Source of the DNA: an uncultured Gammaproteobacteria bacterium
Lineage (GTDB): Bacteria > Patescibacteriota > Patescibacteriia > Patescibacteriales > Patescibacteriaceae
DNA: 61,042 nt
Direction of reading: 5' to 3'
Assembly (NCBI GenBank): GCA_964523425.1
Contig: CAZFYY010000002.1
Span: 1-61,042, forward strand
In this document: positions 9,791 to 17,374 of the stretch, in pieces
Position numbering within the stretch: the first letter of the stretch is position 1
Layout: each line of letters begins with the position of its first letter
The notes under the pieces: generated by a model
What the model saw: only the letters and a program-made list of their open reading frames with translations
What the model was told of the DNA's origin: nothing
Databases searched by the model: none
Made by a program: the position numbers and the translations under genes

Positions 9791-11140
9791 ATGCAGGTAA
9801 CCCGCAATAACATAAGTGCCAATCGCGTCGAGCTGACGGTTGAGATTCCCGCCGAAGAAGCAGCAAAATTTGCCGAGCGCGCTGCTGTAAAAATTTCCGA
9901 AGGAGTTTCCATTGAAGGTTTTCGTCCGGGAAAGGCGCCATACGATCGCGTTAAGGCTAAAGTTGGCGAGATGGCTATTCTTGAAGAAGCTTCCCGATTG
10001 GCCGTTTCAAAAACGATCGACCGCGCCTTAACGGAAAATATTACAGAAGAATGGATTGGTCAGCCGGAAATCAGCGTCACAAAGTTAGCGCCGGGCAATG
10101 CTATGGAATACCGCATCTTGGTTTCCTTGTTGCCGAGCGTGAAGCTGGGCGCTTATAAGGGGTTAGGCATCGAGCCGGCCGAGGTTGAAGTAAAAGAAGA
10201 AGAGGTCGACAAGATGATTGAACAGCTGCGCGATTTCCGCGTCAAAGAAGCGGCTGTCGATCGTCCCTGCGCTGATGGCGACAAGCTGGTGGCTGACGTT
10301 AATTTGTTTCTGGACAAAGTTCCAGTTGAAGGCGGTCAGGCGCGCGAAACGACGATTATTGTCGGTAAGGATTATTTCGTTCCTGGTTTTGATGAGCAGG
10401 TAAAAGGAATGAAGGCGGGTGATACGCGTGAATTTTTTGTCACATATCCAGCTGGCCATCACCAAAAGCATTTAGCGGGAAAAAAAGTGGAATTTAGCGT
10501 TGTCGCCAAGCAGGTCTACAGCCGCGAGCTGCCGGAGTTGGACGAAGAATTTGTCAGTGCCTTCGGCTTGAAGAATGCCGAGGAGCTACGTACAAATATT
10601 CGCCGCAGCATCGAAGAAGAAAAGAAGGGCGAAGAGGCGTCTAAGCATGAGCGTCGTTTACTGGAACGTATCGCCGCTGATTCAACCATTGGTGAACTGC
10701 CGGAGAACCTCATTGAGAGCGAAACGCATTCCATGATTCATGAATTGGAACACAATGTCACTCGTTCCGGCGGCAGCTTCGCTGATTACCTCGCTAGCAT
10801 CAATAAGCGCCTCGAACAGCTTAAGGCTGATTTTCGCGAGCAGGCGATTGAGCGGCTGAAAGTGACGCTTGTCATTCGGGCAATTGTGGCTGCGGAAAAA
10901 ATTGAAGTGATAGACGAAGAAGTGAAGAATGAGCTGGCTACGCTCAAGAGTCGCTACCACGCCGATCCGAAGGCAATGGAAGCCTTAAATAATCCGTCGT
11001 ATCCTCGCCAGCTGCGCAGCATCCTTTTGAATCGCCGTGTAATTGAAAAATTACGCCGCTGGAATTCCACTAAAACAGCTGCCGAAGTCGCCGAACCAGC
11101 GACAGCGGCCGAGCCGTCTGCCCCTGGGGAGGCTGTATGA
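9791..11140 (+). CDS. tig: Trigger factor
   Basis: GFRPGKAP ribosome-binding signature, FKBP-like middle domain. Confidence 0.95.
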   Translation: MQVTRNNISANRVELTVEIPAEEAAKFAERAAVKISEGVSIEGFRPGKAPYDRVKAKVGEMAILEEASRLAVSKTIDRALTENITEEWIGQPEISVTKLAPGNAMEYRILVSLLPSVKLGAYKGLGIEPAEVEVKEEEVDKMIEQLRDFRVKEAAVDRPCADGDKLVADVNLFLDKVPVEGGQARETTIIVGKDYFVPGFDEQVKGMKAGDTREFFVTYPAGHHQKHLAGKKVEFSVVAKQVYSRELPELDEEFVSAFGLKNAEELRTNIRRSIEEEKKGEEASKHERRLLERIAADSTIGELPENLIESETHSMIHELEHNVTRSGGSFADYLASINKRLEQLKADFREQAIERLKVTLVIRAIVAAEKIEVIDEEVKNELATLKSRYHADPKAMEALNNPSYPRQLRSILLNRRVIEKLRRWNSTKTAAEVAEPATAAEPSAPGEAV

Positions 11141-11601
11141 GCGTCCTGGCGCTGAATAAGAGGGCCCGTTTTGATTACGAGCTCCTGGAAACCTTCAGCG
11201 CCGGGTTAGTGTTGAGCGGACAGGAAGTGAAGTCCGCCAAGGCGGGGCAGGCCAGCTTAAAAGGCAGTTTTGTTGTTTTTAAGACTGTCCAAGGAAAGGC
11301 TCTCCCATACCTCATGAATGGGTATATTTCTCCGTATAAGTATGCCGGGAAATTGGAAGGTTATCTGCCGGATCAGCCGCGTCTATTGCTCTTGCGAAAG
11401 CGGGAAATCAGCTACTTATTGGGAAAACGCCAGGAAAAAGGCTTGACATTAGTGCCGGTCAAACTGTACACTGAGAGAAGTCTTGTGAAGCTCGAATTCG
11501 CTGTAGCTCGCGGAAAAAAGGCTTATGACAAGCGAGAAGATATTAAGCGTCGCGACCTCAAGCGTCAATTAGCTCGGCTGCCTGATAGCGGACGCGCCTA
11601 G
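11137..11601 (+). CDS. smpB: SsrA-binding protein
   Basis: NKRARFDYE, GLVLSGQEVKS, LLLRKREI, RGKKAYDKR. Confidence 0.96.
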   Translation: MSVLALNKRARFDYELLETFSAGLVLSGQEVKSAKAGQASLKGSFVVFKTVQGKALPYLMNGYISPYKYAGKLEGYLPDQPRLLLLRKREISYLLGKRQEKGLTLVPVKLYTERSLVKLEFAVARGKKAYDKREDIKRRDLKRQLARLPDSGRA

Positions 11602-11620
11602 TTCTTAGACAAGAAAAGCC

Positions 11621-11997
11621 GGGGATGCCAGGCTTTGACAATAAATTTTGCCTATTCACGCAGAAGGCGCTGGTCCCGCCCAAAAAGACCAACCTACAGT
11701 TGCAAAAACTGCCAAAGCCGAATCGCCTGCTTTCTCTTGGAAAGTAGCGACTCTCGCTTACGCTGCCGCCTAAGGGCCGCAGCCATCCGCCCAGCTTGCT
11801 CGCGCGCTGGTTCACGGGTGTCATTCAGCGAGCTAAGTTAACGGAGGCCGTTTGAGCCCGTTAGACGAAAACCTTCAAGCTAATCCTTTTCTTTCTTGTC
11901 AGGCCCTAAGGAAAAGGATGAAATACCGGACCTGACTAATTCTGTAGCCGTGTTTGGGTCGATTTATTAGACAGGGGTTCAACTCCCCTCATCTCCA
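11621..11997 (+). ncRNA. ssrA: tmRNA
   Basis: 5' GGGGATG pairs with 3' CATCTCC-A with a G3-U pair; T arm AGGGGTTCAACTCCCCT; tag ORF 11711-11773 AKAESPAFSWKVATLAYAAA*; directly after smpB. Confidence 0.93.
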
Positions 11998-12019
11998 CAA
12001 GCCACAATGGCTTCAGATC

Positions 12020-12105
12020 GCCGGAGTGGCGGAACTGGTAGACGCGGCGGACTTAAAATCCGCTTGTACTAACCTGCAGTGAGGGTTCGAGTCCCTCCTC
12101 CGGCA
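12020..12105 (+). tRNA. tRNA-Leu(TAA)
   Basis: GCCGGAG/CTCCGGC-A acceptor stem, anticodon arm GCGGA-CTTAAAA-TCCGC, long variable arm, GTTCGAG. Confidence 0.93.
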
Positions 12106-12109
12106 CTGA

Positions 12110-12160
12110 ATAATTAATAAATTAAAAAATTAATTAATTAATTAATTAATTCATTTATTT
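12110..12160. repeat. AT-rich (TAAT)n low-complexity palindromic spacer
   Basis: AATTAATTAATTAATTAATTAATT run between tRNA-Leu and tRNA-Gly. Confidence 0.7.
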
Positions 12161-12161
12161 T

Positions 12162-12236
12162 GCGGGTATCGTATAATGGTTATTATATTGCCTTGCCAAG
12201 GCAGAGATACGGGTTCGATTCCCGTTACCCGCTCCA
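12162..12236 (+). tRNA. tRNA-Gly(GCC)
   Basis: GCGGGTA/TACCCGC-TCCA, anticodon loop TTGCCAA, GGTTCGATTCCC. Confidence 0.93.
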
Positions 12237-12246
12237 AGAAAAAACT

Positions 12247-12807
12247 ATGCGCCGAACACATCGCCGACCGAAACATCAAGAACCGGATAAGAAATTCCGT
12301 TTCAACCAAGGAATCCATACGCCTACTGTCACATTGATCGACGAGGAGGGGCATAATCATGGCGAAATCGACACCACTAAGGCCCTTGCCATGGCTGAGG
12401 AAGCTGGCCTTGATCTCGTCGAGGTCAATCCTACGTCCGTTCCTCCCATGGCGAAAATCATGGATTTTGGACAGTTTAAGTATGAACGCGATAAGAAGTT
12501 CCAAAAACAAAAAGCCCATCACAAAAAACAGGAAACTAAGGGAATTCGTCTGTCGATTCGCATCGGTGACCATGATTTGGGCGTACGCCGAGAACAGGCC
12601 AAGAAATTCTTAGGAAAGGGCGATAAACTGCGTATTGAACTTGCTTTGCGCGGTCGCGAGCGCCAGCACCCGGAATTAGCCCGCGAAGTAGTCAATAAGT
12701 TCGTTGCCTCGCTGGAGGCTGATCCCGAGCTTTCTCTCGCCGTCGAGGAAGGCTTGACAAGCCAGGGGGGAAAGTTTACTATGATACTGACCAGCAAAAA
12801 AGTCTAA
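12247..12807 (+). CDS. infC: Translation initiation factor IF-3
   Basis: GLDLVEV, PPMAKIMDFGQFKYE, IGDHDL, RGRERQHPE; the track start at 12160 lies inside tRNA-Gly, so ATG 12247 is used. Confidence 0.93.
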   Translation: MRRTHRRPKHQEPDKKFRFNQGIHTPTVTLIDEEGHNHGEIDTTKALAMAEEAGLDLVEVNPTSVPPMAKIMDFGQFKYERDKKFQKQKAHHKKQETKGIRLSIRIGDHDLGVRREQAKKFLGKGDKLRIELALRGRERQHPELAREVVNKFVASLEADPELSLAVEEGLTSQGGKFTMILTSKKV

Positions 12808-12836
12808 ATTTTGCCTAAGATAATTGAATTTTTAGT

Positions 12837-13040
12837 ATGCCCAAGATCAAGACCCATAAAGCCACTGACAAGCGTTTTAGCTTGACCAAGGGCAAGAAAC
12901 TGCGCCGCCGCAAGGCCGGCCAGGCCCATTTCAACTCCCGCGAACCGGGCAAGGTTGTCCGTAACAAGCGCCGTGATATCTCAGCCCATGCAACTGACGA
13001 TAAGAACATCCGGAGCTTTATCCCTTACCAGAAGAACTAA
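12837..13040 (+). CDS. rpmI: 50S ribosomal protein L35
   Basis: MPKIKTHKATDKRF; infC-rpmI-rplT order. Confidence 0.95.
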   Translation: MPKIKTHKATDKRFSLTKGKKLRRRKAGQAHFNSREPGKVVRNKRRDISAHATDDKNIRSFIPYQKN

Positions 13041-13049
13041 CATAACTGT

Positions 13050-13445
13050 ATGCCACGAGTAAAAAGAGGAACTACCCACGTCAAGAAGCGCAAGAAGCTC
13101 TTAGCTAAGACTAAAGGTTATAAATGGGGTCGTAAGAACCGCATCCGCTTAGCGACGACTGCTGTTTTGAAGGCCGGTGTTAATGCGTATGTTGACCGCA
13201 AGACCAAGAAGCGTACCCGTCGCGCCCTTTGGCAGATTAAGATTGGCGCGTTCGTTAAGGAGCGCGGTCTGTCCTACTCCCGTTTCATTGGTCTTTTGAA
13301 GGCTGGAAACGTTGAAATCGATCGCAAAATCCTAGCTGATCTCGCTGTCAATCATCCAGCGGCCCTTGAATCTATTCTTGAGCAGGTAAAGGACGCCAAG
13401 GGAAATAAGGCTGTTAAGGAACCAAAGTCTCCAAAAGCTGAGTAA
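13050..13445 (+). CDS. rplT: 50S ribosomal protein L20
   Basis: MPRVKRG, KGYKWGR, SYSRFI, IDRKILADLAV. Confidence 0.97.
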   Translation: MPRVKRGTTHVKKRKKLLAKTKGYKWGRKNRIRLATTAVLKAGVNAYVDRKTKKRTRRALWQIKIGAFVKERGLSYSRFIGLLKAGNVEIDRKILADLAVNHPAALESILEQVKDAKGNKAVKEPKSPKAE

Positions 13446-13446
13446 T

Positions 13447-13668
13447 ATGGATATCCGCATCATTCAGGTCGCCCAGCTTGTTATTTCAGTGCTTTTAATT
13501 GCTGCCGTTCTCATGCAGAACCGTGGTACTGGGCTGTCTGGCGTATTCGGTGGCTCGAGCGGCGTGTATCGAACGAAGCGCGGCGTCGAGAAGATGCTCT
13601 TTACGGGTACTATCATTTTAGCCGTGCTCTTCTTTGGGCTTTCTATCGCCCGTTTATTCCTTAGCTAA
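13447..13668 (+). CDS. secG: Preprotein translocase subunit SecG
   Basis: Two TMs with VLMQNRGTGLSGVFGG and TKRGVEK. Confidence 0.92.
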   Translation: MDIRIIQVAQLVISVLLIAAVLMQNRGTGLSGVFGGSSGVYRTKRGVEKMLFTGTIILAVLFFGLSIARLFLS

Positions 13669-13713
13669 ACCGGCCTTGCCGGGGGCTAGCAGAGGGATTA
13701 TAATAAAGCGTAT

Positions 13714-13995
13714 ATGAATAAAGCAGGCCTTACCGAAAAGATTTCCGAAGCAACCTCGCTTTCTAAGAAGCAGGTTGAAGATGTTATTGAAAAGCTCGTC
13801 GATACGATTATCGAAGAGTTGAAAGCCGGACGCAAGGTTAATCTGGTCGGGTTTGGAACTTTCGAAGCCCGCAAGCGCCATACCCGCGGCGGCGTTAACC
13901 CGCAGCACCCGACCGAACGGATTCAGATCCCGGAGGTAACGGTGGCGAAGTTCAAAACCGGCAAGACCCTGAAGGACGCGCTGAAAGGAAAGTAA
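13714..13995 (+). CDS. hup: HU family DNA-binding protein
   Basis: MNKAGL, VNLVGFGTFE, GVNPQ, KFKTGKTLKDA. Confidence 0.93.
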   Translation: MNKAGLTEKISEATSLSKKQVEDVIEKLVDTIIEELKAGRKVNLVGFGTFEARKRHTRGGVNPQHPTERIQIPEVTVAKFKTGKTLKDALKGK

Positions 13996-14000
13996 GCTCG

Positions 14001-14073
14001 GCACCCGTAGCTCAATGGATAGAGCACTTGGCTTCGGACCAAGGGGTTGTGGGTTCGAATCCTGCCGGGTGCA
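14001..14073 (+). tRNA. tRNA-Arg(TCG)
   Basis: GCACCCG/CGGGTGC-A, anticodon arm CTTGG-CTTCGGA-CCAAG. Confidence 0.92.
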
Positions 14074-14090
14074 CAGGTGAAGCTAATAAG

Positions 14091-14130
14091 TTAACTAATG
14101 AATAAATTTCCGAATTTGTTCATTAGTTAA
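14091..14130 (+). repeat. AT-rich inverted repeat in tRNA spacer
   Basis: TTAACTAATGAATAAATT-TCCG-AATTTGTTCATTAGTTAA, 18-bp stem with one G-U. Confidence 0.8.
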
Positions 14131-14155
14131 TTTGTTAATTGAAACATTTTATACT

Positions 14156-14227
14156 GCACCCATAGCTCAGCGGTAGAGCAGTCGCCTCTTAAGCGAATGG
14201 TCGTAGGTTCGATCCCTACTGGGTGCA
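14156..14227 (+). tRNA. tRNA-Lys(CTT)
   Basis: GCACCCA/TGGGTGC-A, anticodon loop CTCTTAA, GGTTCGATCCC. Confidence 0.9.
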
Positions 14228-14231
14228 CAGA

Positions 14232-14304
14232 ACAATTAAAAAATTAATAAATTAAAGAATGAACTAATTATTTCATTAGTTAATTTATTATTTAGTTAAT
14301 TTGT
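14232..14304 (+). repeat. AT-rich imperfect inverted repeat in tRNA spacer
   Basis: TAATAAATTAA-AG-AATGAA ... TTCATT-AG-TTAATTTATTA. Confidence 0.65.
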
Positions 14305-14308
14305 ATTT

Positions 14309-14382
14309 GGCTGGGTAGCTCAGTTGGTTAGAGCGTAGCACTCATAACGCTAAGGTCGAGAGTTCGAGCCTCTCCCCAGCTA
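14309..14382 (+). tRNA. tRNA-Met(CAT), probably elongator (Ile2 not excluded)
   Basis: GGCTGGG/CCCAGCT-A, loop CTCATAA; lacks the initiator 3 G-C anticodon pairs and C1:A72 mismatch. Confidence 0.88.
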
Positions 14383-14387
14383 CTCAT

Positions 14388-15206
14388 ATGAAATCCCCTG
14401 AATGGAAGCCAGGCGTTACGGTTTTGAACGAGAAGTGGGAAGCGCGCAAGCCGCGGCTTTTTCCTCGGGAATATTTCGAGCTCCAGTTTGAGTTTGCCAA
14501 AGCGCTGCAGGAAAAAACTGGCGACAACTTGTTTGATATTATCAAAACGCGGACTTCGAGTCTGCGTTTTGGGTTATTTGTGTATGAGGGGTATGTTTGT
14601 AAGGGAGAAAAGCCGGGAGTAAGCGCTTTGTCCGAAGAAGCGCTGACTGATTTTGCCTATGCAGATTATCTTAAGACTGATGGCGAGCAGGAGCCGGCGG
14701 AATACCATCCGAAGGAGAGCACACGCTTCGGGTGCTTTTATTATGACAAGAATGATAAGGATGATTCTCTGCGGATCCATTTTGTAAATGCGGAGAATGA
14801 TCAGACTGGGCCTCTTGATAAGGATAAGATTAATGAACGCAAGCGTGAGATAAAAGATCTGTTGCTTGATATTAAGCAACAGTATCCTGACAAAAAAGAA
14901 ATCAGTGGCCTGTCTTGGCTCTATAATCTCGAGGCATATACGCGTTTATTCCCCGATACGTATACAGCTGCCCTACGGGAGAATAAGGACCAGTTTCAAT
15001 GGGCGCGCGGTACGACGATTTGGGGACAATTTCTTGATAATAAAATGGAGCTCAAAAAAGATATGGTGCAAGAGCTTTTAAGACGCGTGCGAAATCTTGA
15101 GCCTGGCGAAGAGTTAGGCGCGGTTTTTGCGGAAGGAGCGCCGCTCATGTCGCCGCTCGAAACACGCGGCCGATTGCAAGATTTTTACGAGATGTATGGC
15201 GTTTGA
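14388..15206 (+). CDS. Hypothetical protein
   Basis: 272-aa ORF starting 5 nt after tRNA-Met; no motif recognised with confidence. Confidence 0.7.
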   Translation: MKSPEWKPGVTVLNEKWEARKPRLFPREYFELQFEFAKALQEKTGDNLFDIIKTRTSSLRFGLFVYEGYVCKGEKPGVSALSEEALTDFAYADYLKTDGEQEPAEYHPKESTRFGCFYYDKNDKDDSLRIHFVNAENDQTGPLDKDKINERKREIKDLLLDIKQQYPDKKEISGLSWLYNLEAYTRLFPDTYTAALRENKDQFQWARGTTIWGQFLDNKMELKKDMVQELLRRVRNLEPGEELGAVFAEGAPLMSPLETRGRLQDFYEMYGV

Positions 15207-15256
15207 TATCGCTTGCATGGTGAATATTTACCATTAAGTTAAGACGCATAATTTAT

Positions 15257-15454
15257 ATGAAAAAACTCATTTTATCTTTTTGTTTGCCGCTCATGGTATT
15301 CGCTTTCACGCCCACGTCCTACGCGACGGTGCAGCTGACTAAGGCGGCTAAACGCTGCTGCTCAGTCTGCAGCACTGGTAAGGCTTGTGGTAATTCTTGT
15401 ATCGCTCGGAATAAGGTCTGTCATAAAGCTCCGGGCTGCGCCTGTAATCGTTAA
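15257..15454 (+). CDS. Small secreted cysteine-rich cationic protein
   Basis: Signal peptide ending TSYA; 8 Cys in CCSVCSTGKACGNSCIARNKVCHKAPGCAC; followed by a terminator. Confidence 0.8.
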   Translation: MKKLILSFCLPLMVFAFTPTSYATVQLTKAAKRCCSVCSTGKACGNSCIARNKVCHKAPGCACNR

Positions 15455-15464
15455 GAAGAAATAT

Positions 15465-15491
15465 AAAAGAGATGGCTAGGCCATCTCTTTT
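15465..15491. terminator. Bidirectional intrinsic terminator
   Basis: AAAAGAGATGGC-TAG-GCCATCTCTTTT. Confidence 0.8.
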
Positions 15492-15496
15492 AAGTT

Positions 15497-16321
15497 TTAA
15501 AATATTTTTTTGAAAATTCGGCGTAATTTGTCTGCTTTACGCTCATTACGATAAATGACGAGCTTGTTTCTCCCCTTCTGTTTTATGATATCGAGCAATT
15601 CTTGTTTGGCGGTTTCATCAAGAACATTATGACGGGTATAGAAAGCATCGATAGCATCAGCAACCTTCGGATCGAGCCAGACTTCGATAAGATAATCATT
15701 GAAGATATTGAGATAGTAGTTCGGCTTGGGAAAAATCGCTTCGGGTGAAGCGTAGTAGTTAAGGATTGTGCCGTCGAAATGCTGCTGAGCGGTGATGTCG
15801 AGCGGATCGCGATGCCCGGCCAGGACATAGAGTTTTTTGTTGATTTCTTTAAGGCGGTTAAAAAGGAATAATTCGCTTTCCGGGCGGGCGAGAAGGAACC
15901 ATTCATGGGGGTTATAGAGATAGATCGCTTCAGTCGGTGGAATGACGTCAGAGAGAATGTCGAAGGCATGCGCCCAGAACATATCGGTCGCTTCGAAGGT
16001 CTTAAACCAGTATGTAATCTTTTCGCCGTTCTTGAGGGAGAGGAAGTCGACGCTTGGTGCATCGTCGAGGCGATAGTTTTTCTGGGCGTTCTGGATGAAG
16101 CTGCTTAGCTTTTTTAGCCAGACGCTGGAGAGGGCGGCTTCGCCGCGGGTTTGGACGATAAGCTCGACTGCTCTTAGGCCGCGCAAGGCCTTATAGACCG
16201 CTTGCTTGGTCGTTCCGGGGCGGATCTGGGTGAGGGCGGCTATGAGATCAGAAATAGCCTGCGGGCCATCGCCGAGGCGCTCTAGAATGAGATCGTCGAG
16301 GTATGTGTCTTTGCTGAACAT
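15497..16321 (-). CDS. Winged-HTH transcriptional regulator, TrmB-like architecture
   Basis: N-terminal TKQAVYKALRGL..ELIV wHTH; C-terminal YLNIFNDYLIEV resembles a TrmB effector domain; start set at ATG 16321. Confidence 0.6.
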   Translation of the reverse strand: MFSKDTYLDDLILERLGDGPQAISDLIAALTQIRPGTTKQAVYKALRGLRAVELIVQTRGEAALSSVWLKKLSSFIQNAQKNYRLDDAPSVDFLSLKNGEKITYWFKTFEATDMFWAHAFDILSDVIPPTEAIYLYNPHEWFLLARPESELFLFNRLKEINKKLYVLAGHRDPLDITAQQHFDGTILNYYASPEAIFPKPNYYLNIFNDYLIEVWLDPKVADAIDAFYTRHNVLDETAKQELLDIIKQKGRNKLVIYRNERKADKLRRIFKKIF

Positions 16322-16393
16322 GCTTCCAGGATAGCACAAAACGGCTTAAAAGTAAACTAGTAGGATAATATTATGCTTATTTATATAATATTA

Positions 16394-16422
16394 TTGACAA
16401 ATATAGTAAAATAATGTATTAT
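16394..16422 (+). promoter_or_regulatory. sigma70 promoter of orphan cassette
   Basis: TTGACA-17 nt-TATTAT. Confidence 0.8.
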
Positions 16423-16485
16423 GGAGTTATTAAGATTACTTTAAAAATTTATTAATTAAAAGGCTAAAGGCCAAGGAAATATATA

Positions 16486-16704
16486 ATGGAACGGCAAGCT
16501 ATATATCAACCACAATACATTAGTAAAAATGCAGCAATCCTGCTGCTTGTAGTTCAAATTTCACTCATGATATTTTTTATCGGGATAATTGTGTGGATGG
16601 GATTCTATTTTTGGCCTTTTCTGATAATAGGACTGCTTCTATCGGCTTTCTGGTTGATATCATTACATAGCCAGTTAGTAATATTTAAGAAAAGATATAA
16701 GTAG
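16486..16704 (+). CDS. Small two-TM membrane protein
   Basis: 72 aa, two hydrophobic segments, AAGGA SD. Confidence 0.6.
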   Translation: MERQAIYQPQYISKNAAILLLVVQISLMIFFIGIIVWMGFYFWPFLIIGLLLSAFWLISLHSQLVIFKKRYK

Positions 16705-16785
16705 CTGAATTAGTCTCAAACCTAAAACGAAGCTTGAAAATGTTATTTAAAAAAAATAAACAACGTCCAAAGGAGGGCAACCAAA

Positions 16786-17250
16786 ATGAATATATTAATA
16801 ATAGACGATAGTCAGAATAACCGCGATGCGGCAATAAATCAATTAGTTGGCCATGAGTTAACGGTCTGCGCTTCTTATAAAGAAGCGGAAGATATGATTC
16901 GAACTGGCCAGGGAGACAAGCCGTATTTTGAGGCAGTTTTGATTGATCTATTTATGCCGGCTAGTGAAGAATTCAAGAATATTGAAACTCCTTACGGATT
17001 AGCTTTCGCTATCGGAGCAATAGCGAGAGGAGCTAAGTATGTTGCTATACTTACTGCCGGCGAGAGTCATCACGACCACCCTATATTTTCTGCTTTATAT
17101 AGCAGCATTAAATATAGCCGTGTAAATTTAAGAGAGGCGTTTAAGGTGATGGAGATCGGAAATGCGAGATTCGTATGCTGTTCCGCGTGGGATGCTTATG
17201 AAACAAAGAATAAAGGTTGGAAAAAAGTTCTTGACGCTTTAATAGGTTAA
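16786..17250 (+). CDS. Stand-alone receiver-like (CheY-like) domain protein
   Basis: NILIIDD and AVLIDLFMP motifs; AAAGGAGG SD. Confidence 0.65.
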   Translation: MNILIIDDSQNNRDAAINQLVGHELTVCASYKEAEDMIRTGQGDKPYFEAVLIDLFMPASEEFKNIETPYGLAFAIGAIARGAKYVAILTAGESHHDHPIFSALYSSIKYSRVNLREAFKVMEIGNARFVCCSAWDAYETKNKGWKKVLDALIG

Positions 17251-17374
17251 ATCACTACACCATGCGCCTTATAAAAATAAGGCGTTTTTTATTATTTCTA
17301 AGCTAAAGCGTAGGAGGCGAGCACCCTTGCCATAACCTATTTTTTCTTGTATACTGGGTAAGATAATTAAAACT

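Noticed and set aside
11558-11841. Short ORFs 11635-11841 (+) and 11558-11824 (-)
   Set aside because: They overlap the tmRNA gene; only the tag frame 11711-11773 is meaningful.
12160-12246. N-terminal extension of infC in the ORF track
   Set aside because: It overlaps tRNA-Gly (12162-12236); the real start is most likely ATG 12247.
12106-14308. CRISPR array or origin of replication in the AT-rich repeats
   Set aside because: No constant repeats with unique spacers, no cas genes, and no clustered DnaA boxes (TTATCCACA).
14383-17300. Island integrated at tRNA-Met or tmRNA
   Set aside because: No integrase, and no duplicated tRNA 3' end seen downstream.
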